This document shows positions 11,677-24,747 of a DNA stretch of 64,000 nucleotides, in pieces (position 1 is the first letter of the stretch; every line of letters starts with the position of its first letter). The stretch is from Toensbergia leucococca. Taxonomy: Eukaryota. The translations under genes were made by a program, and so were the position numbers. The notes beneath the pieces were generated by a model, which ran no database searches, had not been told where the DNA came from, and was given only the letters and a program-made list of their open reading frames with translations. The stretch is taken from positions 62,001-126,000 of the forward strand of contig JALDZS010000019.1 of the NCBI GenBank assembly GCA_022813965.1, in the 5' to 3' direction.

Positions 11677-13223
11677 ATATTACGGAGAGGAGGATAGATT
11701 AGTATGGAAAGAGGTAGAAAATGCGGAAGAGATGAGAAAACTGAAGAGGAAAAGAGCGGCTTTTTGATTATGGCTTACCATCCTTTTGGGATGGGAATAT
11801 AGAATTTTTTTTGGGGTATTTGGCGTGCTTTGATAGGTATGCTCTGAATTCAACCACATTGTGTTTCGCAGCACTTTTCCGAGTCCTTTCTGCTACGTAA
11901 TTTTTATATGACTGAGTGCCGTTGATGCATATCTCCATCCAAAAATTAATTATATGAATTGAGTATTTCAATCATAATTCTCTTAAGACATTTCCCAAAA
12001 TAGCCCGTACTATCCCACCATGACCCCAATACGCGTAAAAGTAGGCTACTAAAACACTGGCACTCCTTTATGATACATGGACCTCCGCCTTTCCGCAGCC
12101 CTAGCCGGGCGGTTTATCAGATGGGAAAGATGATGATTTGGCAAAATTGGCTCTGTTGTGCCATCTACCTCCTCCGTTGTACCAAGAATTGGCTATGATT
12201 TGAAGGCTTGAGATAGTTCACTGTCCACCTTCAGTCCTTCACCACCTTCACCTTGCTCCCCCTTAGGTTCATGTTCTACTTCAGTCTCTCGTTTTATCAC
12301 AAGCTGTGTTTGAAGACCTAGCTCAGATTTTTACAGCAGAAAGGGATTGACGAAAGATGTTTGTTGAGTGGAAGACATGTTTTTGTTGGAACCGAGCATG
12401 TGCTCTTGACATGAGATCTTAAGAACAAAGCATGTTTCTCTAGAAATAAAATACGTGTTCTTCAGATGGGTGTCAATGTATCAGAAAGGGGTGTCGATGC
12501 ATCACTACCCCTGAAAAGTATACCTACGATGCTTCTAAAATCGACCAATCACATTGTGCGAGGAACAAGGAATGACCTGTCTTTTATCCTACAGAGCGGA
12601 AGTGAGTCCAGGACTTTGCATGCCTCTCTCAGCCCCGATCTTGCTGAACTCTCAATGAGATGATCTTTCCGCGCTCGAAGAAGATCCTTCCGATACTGGC
12701 ATGAAAAAACCAGATAGGAGAGCTTAGTTGTGGTGGTTGCATCGGGTCCTTGATCCCCGGCCTTAATACTAGGATGAGATGGTGCCCACAATGTGCTGCC
12801 AACCTCAAACTAGGAAGGAGTAGCTGCTTCCTGCTGCTGGCCTTGAATTGGGGGATCACGCAGCATGGAGGAATCGGGATGACGAGTTTGAAGATGGAGC
12901 CGGAAGAGCGAGCATTTGAGACTGAAAGATGATGAGATTAGGTATCACAGGTTACATATGAAAGGAGAGATCAAGTATGAAATTGAAAAAATGCCTGCGC
13001 TTGATCGGTGAGATGTGGGAGAGCAATAGAACAAGATATGAGATCGACCAATGAAACCCGAAAAGTACAGGCCGACAAGGGGAATCAAAAGTGTCAGCTT
13101 TCCCAGACCTCGCATGCAGAGATTCCAGAGATCCTATAACTCTCTTTACCCTCCAAAGAAGCCCGAATATCAGTATATCTAGAAGGTATCTAAATATTTT
13201 CCCTTTCGCATAACCCAAAAAGT

Positions 13224-14571
13224 CTATACCTTCCCTCCTAGCCATTTATACACGACAGAGAAATCTTTGCCCGATTCTTGTGCATCCACCTCATCATACA
13301 CCTCAGTAGCCCTCTCCGCCAACTCTAGCCTCGCGCCAACCTCCCCAGCACCCTGAACCGCCATCTTCAAATCCTTCCTCATCAGTCCTATCCCAAAACC
13401 CCCTTCGTAACCCGATTCTGCCGGCGCTCCTAGACTGACACCCGCAACAGGATTGTTAACTTCGCTAGCCCAACATCGTCCGCTACTCCCGTTGACCAAT
13501 TGGCCTAATGTCTTGGCGTCGAGTCCCCATTTCAGACCCAGGTTCATTGTTTCTGCAACAGCAATATTGCTAATCGCTAGCAAGTAATTATTAGCCAGCT
13601 TTCCACTCAGCCCGGCCCCTTGTCCTCCAAGATGCAGAGCTTTGCTACCCATAAGTAGCAAGACCGGTCTGACGCGGTCGACTAGATGACCAGATCTGGA
13701 TGATGCGCCAAGCATGAAGGTCAAAGTTCCCGCTCGGGCACCCACGACGCCACCAGACATGGGAGCATCGACAAAGCGGCCTTGAGTTGTACAGTGAACG
13801 GCGTTGGCGACTTCGCGAGAAGAGGTAGGGTCGATGGTGGAGCAGTCGATGAAAAGTCGTTCAGGGCTAATGGGGGCCAGGGCAGGTTCAAGGATGTTGT
13901 GGAACACATTTTTGACATGGGAAGGACCAGGAAGGACAGTGATTATGGTTTCCTGGTATGCGGTGTAAGCAATATTTTTCTTTAGGGTTAAAGATAAATG
14001 TGGGTCGTAGGTGATTCAAGTAGGAAAGAGGATCAGAGGATTGGCTTTGATGTAGAAATTTGTGGAATCATGGAAAGAGCTGCCAGAATGGCAAACCCCC
14101 AACTTAGATCATCGATAGAACATGCTCATCATTTGTGACTAACGGCGCGGGTGTAACAAATGCAGTGTCGAGATACTCACAGACTTCTGTGCCACTTCTC
14201 TGGGCGTGCCCAAAACTTCAACGCCCGTTACGACTTCCTTGACAAAGTTTGAAGTAGCTTCAGTGTTGCGATCGTGAATGAATAAGGTATCGCCCTCTGG
14301 AATTTTGGCTCGCAAGTTCTTGGCCATTGGGTAACCTGAGCATAACGGTCAGTAGGATTCTCTGTTACCTACTCACGCGACCACGAGCAGGTCTGTGAAT
14401 ATCAAACGGATGGTGCTCACCCATGCGTCCGAGACCAATGAAACCCCAATTAACCCAGCTCGCCCCAGTTGAAGCAAAGGACCGTCTTGAAGCTGGCCCT
14501 ACTAAGCCAGCGCCGTTCCCCAGTAAGCATAGTCGCGAGGGCGAAAAGCGGATGGATACTGCGGCCCTCAT
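13224..14571 (-). CDS. 3-hydroxyisobutyrate dehydrogenase, mitochondrial (multi-exon)
   Basis: Arg/Ser-rich presequence, WGFIGLGRMG-YPMAKNL Rossmann motif, FIDCSTIDP, FVDAPMSGG, KLANNYLLAI, GGFGIGLMRKDL, KDFSVVY. Confidence 0.93.
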
Positions 14572-15466
14572 ATTTATGCTGGTGGTGATATCGAGAATGG
14601 ATAAGGAGAGATGAGGCTGGGGGAGATGGTCTAGCTATGGACAGGAATTGGGTTTACGCTTGACTTTAGGCTTGTGTGGCAGCCTGTGTCGGATTCGATG
14701 CATGATGGGGGAGACTCCATTATCTGATTGCGCGAGCAAAGACAGACTGCAGAAGGAGCCGACACCATCCGCACTTTGACTGGGATCAGGCCGAATAGTG
14801 GGGTAAGCGGTTAGCAACGAGGCAAGCTATCATCGGCAATGTATTCTAATCCTCGATTCAGTGGGGGACTGCGGAGAAAAGCGTACGTGCCTACGGAGAA
14901 TCAATGATACGCAGGCAGTTCGTAATGCTTGCAAATCACCTGACAGAATATTCTCTTAGCCCTACGAGTACTACCTCCTTTCTCCGGCACTTCCATTGGC
15001 CATGAGGAGATAAGTACCGCGTGCGTAGTAAATTTACCTGACCAAAGTGACATTTCTACGGCAGGCACTCCGTACTGAAGCACCTGATAGAATTGAAGAG
15101 CACATGTGAAACTTTTGACCATTGGAGGTTGATTGGTTGAACATCGAGCTACTTGAATTAATTAGGTTTGAGGTATTCAGTCAGCCATAGAAACCTGAAA
15201 TTCGTCTTTATAGGATTGAAGTAGGGACCAAATATCCAAACACACGTAGTGACTGTACCATGAGCTTGTATGGAAGCCATCATTGAACAATGTCACTAGA
15301 TCCCTCCAAACGCCCTTTCCTGACCCCTTGAAAACTAAACTAATGTAGACGAAGCACATCGGGTATGAAGAGAAAAGTGAGCAAGGTCCACCTCACACGG
15401 CCAGTCTCCCTAGCCACAGGAAGTGTGCACATGGCTAAAACGTGAAATTGGAAGGCGTCTCGGAAG

Positions 15467-16892
15467 TCAAAGCACGTAAGGAATCATGGCGCTAGAAAAA
15501 GGGTTAGTAACATAAATATACAAATACAGTCAATGAGAGCTTACCCAATTGCCAGTGTTGCTGCAATACCAATGACTGCTCTTGTCCTGACCTTTTGCGT
15601 CTTAAGCTCCTGCTCTAATAAGCGCGCCTTCTTCGCAGGTTGCAGCGCCTTGTCCGCTTCCTCATCCTCGTCGTCATCAAATTTGTCTGCCTTTCGCTTT
15701 GGAGCCCGCGATCGGCCTGACGCCTCTCCCTCTAGTTTTCTCGCCTCTTCGACCATCTCTTTGGCCTTGGAAATCATCTCCTCGGCGGATTCCACGAATG
15801 GAAACTCCTCTGTTCCCGCTGGCATCTTTACTCTGACTGTGGTTTCCTCTGTCTCAACCTCGCCATCTCCGTTGATGTTTGATACGGACTCTACCTCCAC
15901 CTTAACCCTTTCATCGTCGACAGACTCTGAATCGGCAACAGATGCTGCGTTGTCCAACGCTGCTTGTAAAGAAGCGCTGGCTTCACGAGCTGTAGCAGCA
16001 TTCGCCGCGTTTGTAGCTTTCGTGGCTCGTGGTTTCCGAGGCCGAGGAGAGGCGGCCTTCCCGCCAGGTGTGGAGTTTTTGATTGGCGAGCTCGCTCGCG
16101 GACGACCCCTTCCCCGAGGCGTGGCTGTCGGGGGTGGCAATAGCGTCTTGTCATTTGCAGTAAAGGTGTATTTGGGTGGTGGTGATATTGACTTCTTTGG
16201 ATCCTCTGTACTTTTCGCGACTGGCGCTTCATCGAGAAGTGCTAGGATCCAAGGTGTTATACCGTACTCCTCTGCGAGCACAAGCGCTACCATTTTCTTA
16301 GCAGTTTACGTCTTTAAAGATTTTGTACGTTGCAAGCTCACCGTACGACTCAGTTATCCACACGTTGCCGGCAATCTCATCCTCACTGGTTGTCGTAAGA
16401 CTCTTGACGTAATCGCGCTCCAGTGTCTCCTCTGCATATTTTGCCCAAGGAAAGGAAGCCTTAAACATGCCAGTCGCACTGATATAGCCGTCACTGCTCC
16501 GTCTCTGTGAACTCAACCGCGGTCAGATTTCAGCTGCACTAGTTTCAATACACATCCTACGCACCATTAGGAAGTAGCCGTCCGGATGCGACTGATGCTG
16601 CTGAGGTGCGAAAATCTCAGAGCCTTTGAGATTGGGAGGAAGAGGTGCTCGGAGGTGTGCATAGTCGATCATGCCAAGATTCTCGGCTTTTGTAGCATTG
16701 GACGTACCAACGAGGCCAGGCTTCACAGAAAGGTGCGTTTGGCCTAACCTCCGCTTTTGGATGAGTTCATCATCTGCGAGACATGATGTCAGTAGTGATA
16801 ACGGAGGATTGAGAGTCGAACTTACGGTCCGGAGTATTCTCAGGCGCAAGCAGAGGGTTACGTTTCCTTGGTAGTGGCCTTTCTGGTAACAT
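15467..16892 (-). CDS. bqt4: APSES/KilA-N domain inner nuclear membrane protein, Bqt4-like (multi-exon)
   Basis: [13 protein letters not shown]..., [55 protein letters not shown]-terminal TM segment [19 protein letters not shown] completed by a last micro-exon. Confidence 0.85.
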
Positions 16893-17248
16893 TGCGAGGA
16901 TGTCGAATTAGAACGTATTTGGAGGTTCGGAGAGATCTGTCGCGCGCTGTCGCTATTCCCAAGCGCGTTTGGACAGAGCTGTTAGTTGCAGAATAAGCGA
17001 AGACGTGCCTTCAAATTGATTATGGTGCTTCTTCTGATGATTGTGCCTTGACGCGATGAAGAAGTGATGATGAGCTGTTCTATTATCCGTACCGGGGCAC
17101 GCGGGGGTAAATCCAAGCAATACCCGGCTCGGTAAATACGTGGCTAGAAAATGCCCGATCTAGAAGGCTGGTGGAGGCTGGTAGATGAGAAGAATGTGGT
17201 GACGTGACGCAAACAGCAACGTCATATGGTCAAATTTGAATTGATTAA

Positions 17249-17779
17249 GGGTACTGCTAATCCTACACCCCCTTTGGCTACATCTACACCCCCCCCCCCC
17301 AACCCCAATCATACCCGATTAAGCATTATTCTAGTGAGGCCCCGGGCGCATAGAGAATTATCGTGATTTCGCACCACATCCACACCCACTTCTCGACCTC
17401 TTTTGCATGTCATCTACCTCCTCAATTACATGCCATTTAATGCTACCTTGGGAATCTTCATGATCTTCTACCTCATGTCGACTCGGTTTCCTACCTCATC
17501 TTGACTCGATTTCGCACCCCATTTTTTTGGCGCCCGGGGGGGTGACCGTGCGCCCGGGGGTGAGGGAATCAAGTCAGGACGTGGTACGAAAGAATGCTTT
17601 TTCTCTTAGGTAATTTGACTTCTAGATGGCACGCAAATAGAACAAGTAAATGGCTTGCATAATAATAGGGAATCGAGGCAAATTGTGGTGCAGAATGATA
17701 AGATTTCCCTCGGTGATTTTGCGCCCGAGTACTAGTTGGGGGGGGGGGTGGGGGTGGGGGTGTAGGATTAGCAACACCC
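17249..17779. mobile_element. Non-autonomous TIR element (MITE), 531 bp, 8-bp TSD
   Basis: Left end GGGTACTGCTAATCCTACACCCCC; right end reverse-complements to GGGTGTTGCTAATCCTACACCCCC. Flanked by direct TTGATTAA at 17241-17248 and 17780-17787. Subterminal poly-C/poly-G tracts, no ORF. Confidence 0.85.
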
Positions 17780-18013
17780 TTGATTAAACATACTCTCGTA
17801 TTCCGTAATCTTAATGAATTTGTACCCTTCCTCTGGATCAGAACTGTTTACTGTTTTGAACCTCGGTTTACAAGTACTGAATGTGAATTACACTCGTGAC
17901 TGTCAGGCTGTCGAGGCTGTGTATTCGTAGAAGCGAGATGTTGCTGTTGCCCCACCATCAGAAGTTCATCGCACATCTCAGTTTCTGTACCACTTTCTCT
18001 CCAAGCTACCAGA

Positions 18014-19007
18014 ATGGCTTCTGCTGCCGAAGATGATCTAGTAGCGTCCAAAACCGATGGTTTCAAAGTCGGCGAGAAAAAAACTGTTGAAGAATATGCA
18101 AAGCTGGGTAGGCATGATTCCTTTTGATTTCTTAACGCATTGGACTTCCTCATAAATCTGATATCTTACTCATCCTTATGCTGCTGCCTTCTAATATCTC
18201 TGAGCTTTTGATCGTGTCATTCCTGAATATTCATGTCATTTTATGCTGCTTGTGGGCTTGGGCGGTATACCACTTTTATCTGTAAAGAAAGTCACTCAAA
18301 GCGTGCTTGCCACATATATTTCCTCCCACATCTTTCGTTCCATTTCCCATACTAAAGACCTATTCACCTTTTACAGACCAGAATGACGAATCATTAAACC
18401 GCTGGAAAGCATCTCTCGGCATTAGTAACTCGCCCCTCCTCGCTGTTGACCCCTCTGATAAGCGTCGATGCATCATCCAATCGCTCGCCCTCGAGGTTGA
18501 AGGTCGTTCAGACACTGTCATTGATCTGAAAGTTCCTGGCTCGCTCGAAACTTTGAAAACCAAGCCATTCATAATTAAAGAAGGAGCAAAATTCCGCATG
18601 AAAGCCAATTTTAAAGTACAGCATGATGTTCTAAGCGGATTGAAATACTTGCAGGTCGTGAAACGAAAGGGTATCAGGGTTGGAAAGGACGAGGAGATGA
18701 TCGTAGGTCTGGCCTGCAGAACTTTGGGAAAAGAAGTGGTCAGAGTGCTGATTCTATTTCGTGACCTAGGGCTCTTTCCCACCGAACACCGAGGAGAAAC
18801 CTACGTATGAAAAAAAATGTGAGGCCTCATAAGACCCAATGAATCTGTTTGCTGGTTCTAATTCTATTTGCAGTTTCCGAGGACGAGGCTCCTTCTGGGA
18901 TGATGGCTAGGGGTCATTATGAAGCAGTCTCGAAGTTTGTTGATGATGATGATCACACACATTTGAAGTTCGAGTGGTCATTCGACATCACCAAGGATTG
19001 GAAGTGA
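18014..19007 (+). CDS. RDI1: Rho GDP-dissociation inhibitor (multi-exon)
   Basis: GFKVGEKKTVEEYAKL-DQNDESLNRWKASLG, FIIKEGAKFRMK, LSGLKYLQVVKRKGIRV, EAPSGMMARGHY, FEWSFDITKDWK*. Confidence 0.95.
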
Positions 19008-19188
19008 CAGGAACTCAAGCGAGCTGGAAGATGCCTTCGACTCTGAGGAAGCTGCGGAACTGATTTCTGCTACAGCTGGGATATGCTTTCGTCATGCTTC
19101 ACATTCAGTGTGAACGACGGTTTTGATGTTCCACTAAAATGGGGGGAGGTGCCCAGAATAATAACGCCAAATCGAATGCCTTGGTATC

Positions 19189-20265
19189 TCAAAGAAAATA
19201 TTCCACCACAATTCCTTGCCCATCCTTTCCCTGGTTTTGCTGTTGCTGCTGCTCTCCTCTGTGGAGATCATTTTCTGGAGCTGCATCGAAAACGTTGAAA
19301 TACCGCTCCCCTGTGTCACTGACCTCTAAAACACTTGCCATATTGCCACAACGATAGCAGTAGTTGGGGGCGCTCCATACTGTGCTTAATCGGTCGTCAT
19401 AAAGTATTTGGTATCCCTCCTGACACAGCTGGTGCGCGCGTAATATATGTGTCATGGAATTAACCTCGAGAAATTTCTTGACAACTTGAGCTCCAAAAGT
19501 GTAGCCTGCTCCACGCGGAGATAGAGAGAACTCGTCTCTATCTGGATCAGGATCCGACCAGACCAGATCTGCCATTGGACCTTCATGAGGGATCTCGCGA
19601 AAGCGATCGATGATTTTGATTTGATCGATAGAATGAATCGAGGGAGAAAGGCCACCGTGTACGCAAAATATTTGATCGTTGATGACAACGCTCAGAGTAA
19701 GGAAATCGAACATGTCGGTGAAGTAGTGCCAAACGTTGGCGTTGCCATACTTGCGAGAGCACTCGGTATAGAAGCCGTAAGACTGAGTGACACTACGGGA
19801 TTCATGGTTGCCTCGAATCAGATGAACACGATTGGGGTATCTCAATTTCAAACACACGAGTAAAGAGATCGTCTCAACACTGAAAAGGCCGCGATCCACG
19901 TAGTCACCTGCAAAGAGCATTAATGTTTGTTGCAAAGGCTTCTCCTAGCGGTAGGCATACCGAGAAATAAATAATTGGTGTCCGGACAAAAGCCTCCTAT
20001 CTTAAAAATTTCTATCATATCAAAGAACTGTCCATGTATGTCTCCAACCACAGTGACTGGTGCCGCGATATGTACAACATTGCTTTCCTTCATAAGCAGC
20101 TCCTTGGTTTTTGCGCATATTGCTTCAATGACGGAATCAGCTAAGAGTTCTCTCTTGTAAAGTCTTTCTATGCATTCATCAAGGTCGACACTGGCTATAA
20201 AGCAAAGTCAGCATATCTCCTGAAACTTCACGCAGCGAGCCAGACATACCTGGAAGACCAGGCAT
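19189..20265 (-). CDS. PPG1: PP2A-like Ser/Thr phosphatase catalytic subunit Ppg1 (multi-exon)
   Basis: [42 protein letters not shown] and C-terminal VEYFL. The PPP family is certain; the Ppg1 subfamily call rests on the termini. Confidence 0.88.
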
Positions 20266-21021
20266 GTTTTGCCTCTACTGGTCGCAGTGGCGGGAATTGT
20301 CAAAGAGAGGGAGAGAAAGTAATCGTTGCTATGTGAGGCACCGTTATAGCCAGATGTATTCCGCTTCTCACAATCATCTTGCATTTAAACTTCTCATGTC
20401 TTGATTTCTTCGTCGGCATACATGACTTTCTATATGCAGACGAGCAAGTAGGCTATGATGATTTGAGGATTGAAGACGAAGAGGCAGATTTCATCGGTCA
20501 TTGGTTAATGCACTCCGAGATAGACCACGCTACTGTTGGAGCTACCGAGCTACCTTTTTCTCTTGCTTCGTTCGTCCGAGGTTCAGACAACTCAAACATG
20601 ACTATCTACTTGCAGGCTTCATGTCATTGCTTCTAGATAGAGGTGAACCACTCTCATTCCCTCACTATGCTTCGTTCAGTTACTTAACTCGTCTTGTGTC
20701 TCATGTCCCTAACACCTAAAAACCTCGACTAACACCTGGTCCATGCTTACTTTAAAGTACATGTATCTTACCTACCTACTGTCAAAACTTGATCATTCCT
20801 GCCAGATTTCCTCCGAAGAATCCTCCGTTTCCCGTTCATCTCCGTCTGTTGTATTCTGCCTTTTTCTTCCACCTCTCTTTCACATAAGTCCCTGAAATAA
20901 AGACTCGACGTCTCCCTCTGCCTGCAACTTTGTTGCAAGACACAGCGGGGTAAAGTCAGATCTTCGGATAGGAGTTTTGACCTCTTGTTGGATATAGAGC
21001 CAATTGGTGTTATTGTGAGTC

Positions 21022-23406
21022 ATGGCCTCCCAATGGCCGCAGTATACAGCACCCCCGCCAGCATATGGGTACACTGGGTATCAGCATCAGTATCCTCAAC
21101 AACAGTACGGCCCTCCTCAATCTGCACCATATCAGCCACCGTACCAACAACCTGCGAACCCTGGGTATGGACAGCCTGTAGCCCAGCCAAGTCCTCACAC
21201 ATGCTACAACTGCGGATCTCAAGAACACTGGGCGCAGGACTGCCCAGAGCCACGACGTGAAGTTCCTGCGTAAGTAGCTTGCAATGTGGACTGACATGGT
21301 TTTTTTCTAATCAACTACTCAAGGGGATCTTTAAATCAACAAGCCAACTTCTCACGTCCGGTCAAGCGTTACAAGCCAAACGGTCCAGTTATCACAAAGT
21401 ATCCAGTACCTCCCCATCTAAATCAAACTTATGCACCCACTCAAGCGTACGGGGGAGCACCCTATGGTCAGCACGGCTTACCGCAGCGTCCACCTTCTTA
21501 TGGTCCTCCAACTCCAGTATCAGCTTACCCTCCCCCAAACCAGCAGTGGCAACATCCACCGCAGTACCAATATCATCAGCCGCCTTATCAACAAGGTAAC
21601 TCCTACCATCAGCCGTCTTACCAGCAAGGCAGTACTTATCCACCCCGTCCTTACTCAGTCGCACCACCGCCTCCATCTCCAGGTTCATACTACGGTTCTC
21701 ACAATCCCAGTCCGGTATCCGCTCAGGGATCACAATACGATCCTGCATTTCAGTTACATCATGCTCAGTACCAGCAACCTCAAGGCCCTCAGGTCCCATA
21801 TAACCCGGAATACTCTAACGTCCCACCAAGTTTCACTGGTATTCCTCCTCAAAAAAGTAGATCCAATCAATATGTAGATATCAAATCTACCGAGTCTAGG
21901 AACATCCGATCCGGCTCTCTGGATTCAGCCCCTATGCTTTCTCAATCTACAACTCCCAAGCCGCAACAAGTTGTACTACCTCATGTGGAATCTGATGAAA
22001 TTGAATGGGATACACTAGATGTACCCGATATACCAAGATATCCTCGATCTGATGGTGAGTGCTATCTTCAAAGGTCTTCTGATTGTGGCTAACAGGCGTG
22101 ATAGGTGAAGGGTTTGCATACCTTGTCGGCCGACCTTTACCTGCTGATTCTATTGCTGCTGACGCCATCTCTCCTATTCCAGCACCGCCATTTGAAAGCG
22201 ACGGACGCTGTCAATCTAGATATCTCAATAGAGGGACTTTGGAACCACTAATCGAGAATATTAAAAGCACCGGCGATTGGGACAATGTCAAAGATGATCC
22301 AATCTTCTTGTCGGTTGTTGATGGAAACATTATCCTCTTTGAGGACGTTATCCCAATCCGGGGCCGTCGTCAACCCAACGACCCAGAAGATGAAGCAGAT
22401 TGGGAAACTAAGGAGCCCAGCTACGCATCCCAGACTATGGTCGATGGAAGTGAGACTTGGGATGTCATGGACAGTCTTGAGCACGCTTTGAACGCTGGAC
22501 GGTCACGAGCACCAGATGCGTCATATAATAACCAAGATCCAATAGGAGAAATACCGCTATCATCAATACCGGCTACGCTAGACTTGGATGAAAAGGCGAA
22601 AACGGCACGCGAAACAGAGGAAAGACTTGCGGCTCTAGGTGTCACAGGAGCGCCAAAGCCAGTCAGAGCTCCCGCACGACCTTACCCTCCACCTCCGCCT
22701 CCACCTCCACCCCCAGCATACGACGTTGGCCCACAAGCCTCTCATGACTCATGGTCCAAGTCGCGAAGTAATAGTCCGGCAAGATATGATATGTAAGCCA
22801 ATCTTCGGATCGTCAACTTGATGGGGTTCTTCCCGACTGATTTTTTCTAGTGAACCTAGACAGCATAATAATGGATCGAGTGCTTTCGAAAACGGGTACT
22901 ATGAGACTGATTCAACAATTCGAGGGCATGTGCCTTCCAGCAGGAAATACACAGTTCCTCATGGAGAGCTTCCTCTAGACGGTGAAGCACGTGGCTCGAA
23001 CGAGAAACCATATTCTCAAGATATCGAGCATCTACCTCGAAAGCGTAAACATTCTACGTACGATGGTGTCGACGAGAGCCCACTATCTTCTGGATCCAGT
23101 CATGGGAATACCAATGGGCACAGTAATCATCCAGCAGAAAACGGCAATGGCTACAGTAGGTATTCATTAGATGGGCAATCCATGTCGCCAGTCAAGATAC
23201 GTTCAGAGAGAGTCAATCCTCGCAAGAGGGATTACGACCATCGAGATACATCAAGCGATGAAGACGAGACTGCGCGAAGACGCCAGGTCGATGATGTTAC
23301 ACCGAAGCTCAAGAGACGTCAACCGAAAGTAGCGGAAGCGTACAGGTGAGTGAGTGACTTACCCTATCGAGGACGTTCTAATGGTATCCATAGTCGCCGT
23401 TGGTAA
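21022..23406 (+). CDS. Pro/Gln/Tyr-rich protein with a CCHC zinc knuckle (multi-exon), function unknown
   Basis: CYNCGSQEHWAQDC knuckle, later ERLAALGVTGAPKPVR, and a C-terminus PKLKRRQPKVAEAYSRRW* completed across a GTGAGT..TAG intron. Confidence 0.8.
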
Positions 23407-24256
23407 GTAATTCTTTAGAGTCACGCCATGATGGATGCATGCTTCGTCTTGCTACTTCATCAACGATTTCAAAGTGTATTTTAAAATTTTGTTATTTTTC
23501 TTCTATTGGCCACATGTGGCAGCCAGCTTTCAAAAATGCGTGTTGGAAAGGTGTTCATTAACCACTCTTCTTTTTTCTTAAGCCACCCGCAGAAGATAGT
23601 CGACCTCTTAACCTCGTCTGTTGTCAAAATCATTGTCATGGCTTTAAGACCGCTGCATCTCAAATATGGCTTCTTGCCGGTTCAGATACTTTTGACGGTT
23701 ATGCTAGCTCTCATGTCGATTTCTAGTCTTTAAAGCTGCATTCCACCTACTGTTTCTCTCACCTAAGCCGCTGGACTTGCAAGGTAAGGAAGCCGATATA
23801 TCGGACGTGGTCAGGGATTGAGATTGAAGAGTAAGCTGTAAGACGTAATTTGCTCATTGCATATACTGCTACCCGTAAATCTCCTCGTTTCCAACTTCGT
23901 CTAAAGACTCTTCATTGTAATAAGCCTCCTCTTGATAACCACACGAAACATGTCTGCCAAATAGATCCGACAGCTACGCTTTCGTCATCACGTTTGCCGC
24001 GCCTTGTTCAGTCGATGACATGTGAAGTTCTTTGCAAAGAGAGTTCGAGGTATTTGAGTTTCAAGTGCCGCCTTCACACCTCTTTGTACGTCAAATTTGC
24101 TATCGACCCATTTCTTTTGGCGTAAAAGCTTGACTTCTAGAAAGCGCGTTCTCTAAAACTGGCTACGCTCATCTTCTGCATCTTTCTCTCCATCCTCCGC
24201 CAATGCCTTACTACAACAGTACAAAAAAGCCGTAAGTGAAAAATCCCCCTTGGTGC

Positions 24257-24610
24257 AGTATGTACCACGGAAACACAAAAAGCGCGGCACAAAAGTTCCC
24301 GCAAAAGCCTGTCCGGAAACTTCGCACCCTCTCGCCAAAGAGGGCAACGTTCACAACGGATTTCCTCAACAAACCGCCGCTGCCCCCTCCTCTTTATCCT
24401 TCTCAACGAACCACGCTGGCGTACGACGGCCTGACCCCGCCAGAAATAAAAAGCCCATCAAGCTCTCCGCTATATGTGGGGTCTTGGAGGGCGCGCTTGA
24501 GGCGAGCGGAGGGAGGGAGGGATGGATCTGTGATGGTAAAGGGACGGAGGGGAAATAGAGGTTGGGAGATGCTGTGGCTCTTTTGTATGAATGGGGGAGG
24601 TGAGAGGTAA
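24257..24610 (+). CDS. Possible small hypothetical protein
   Basis: ORF MYHGNTKS...GGGER with the C-rich then G-rich polarity seen in real genes of this window. No recognisable domain; start uncertain. Confidence 0.25.
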   Translation, partial: SMYHGNTKSAAQKFPQKPVRKLRTLSPKRATFTTDFLNKPPLPPPLYPSQRTTLAYDGLTPPEIKSPSSSPLYVGSWRARLRRAEGGRDGSVMVKGRRGNRGWEMLWLFCMNGGGER

Positions 24611-24747
24611 TAGAGATATGAGTGTGGATTTACTTGAGACTAGAGGGAAAGGGATTGATTGGCACTCTCACAATTAAATTTATACGAGACCCAAGCCAAG
24701 ATACATGTATATTCACAGCAACGTTCAGATACATGTTGGCCTACTGC

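Noticed and set aside
15533..16510. 325-aa plus-strand ORF, and similar antisense ORFs over NUF2, APL6, DDB1, Arb1 and GILT
   Set aside because: Shadow frames opposite well-supported genes, favoured by the compositional skew.
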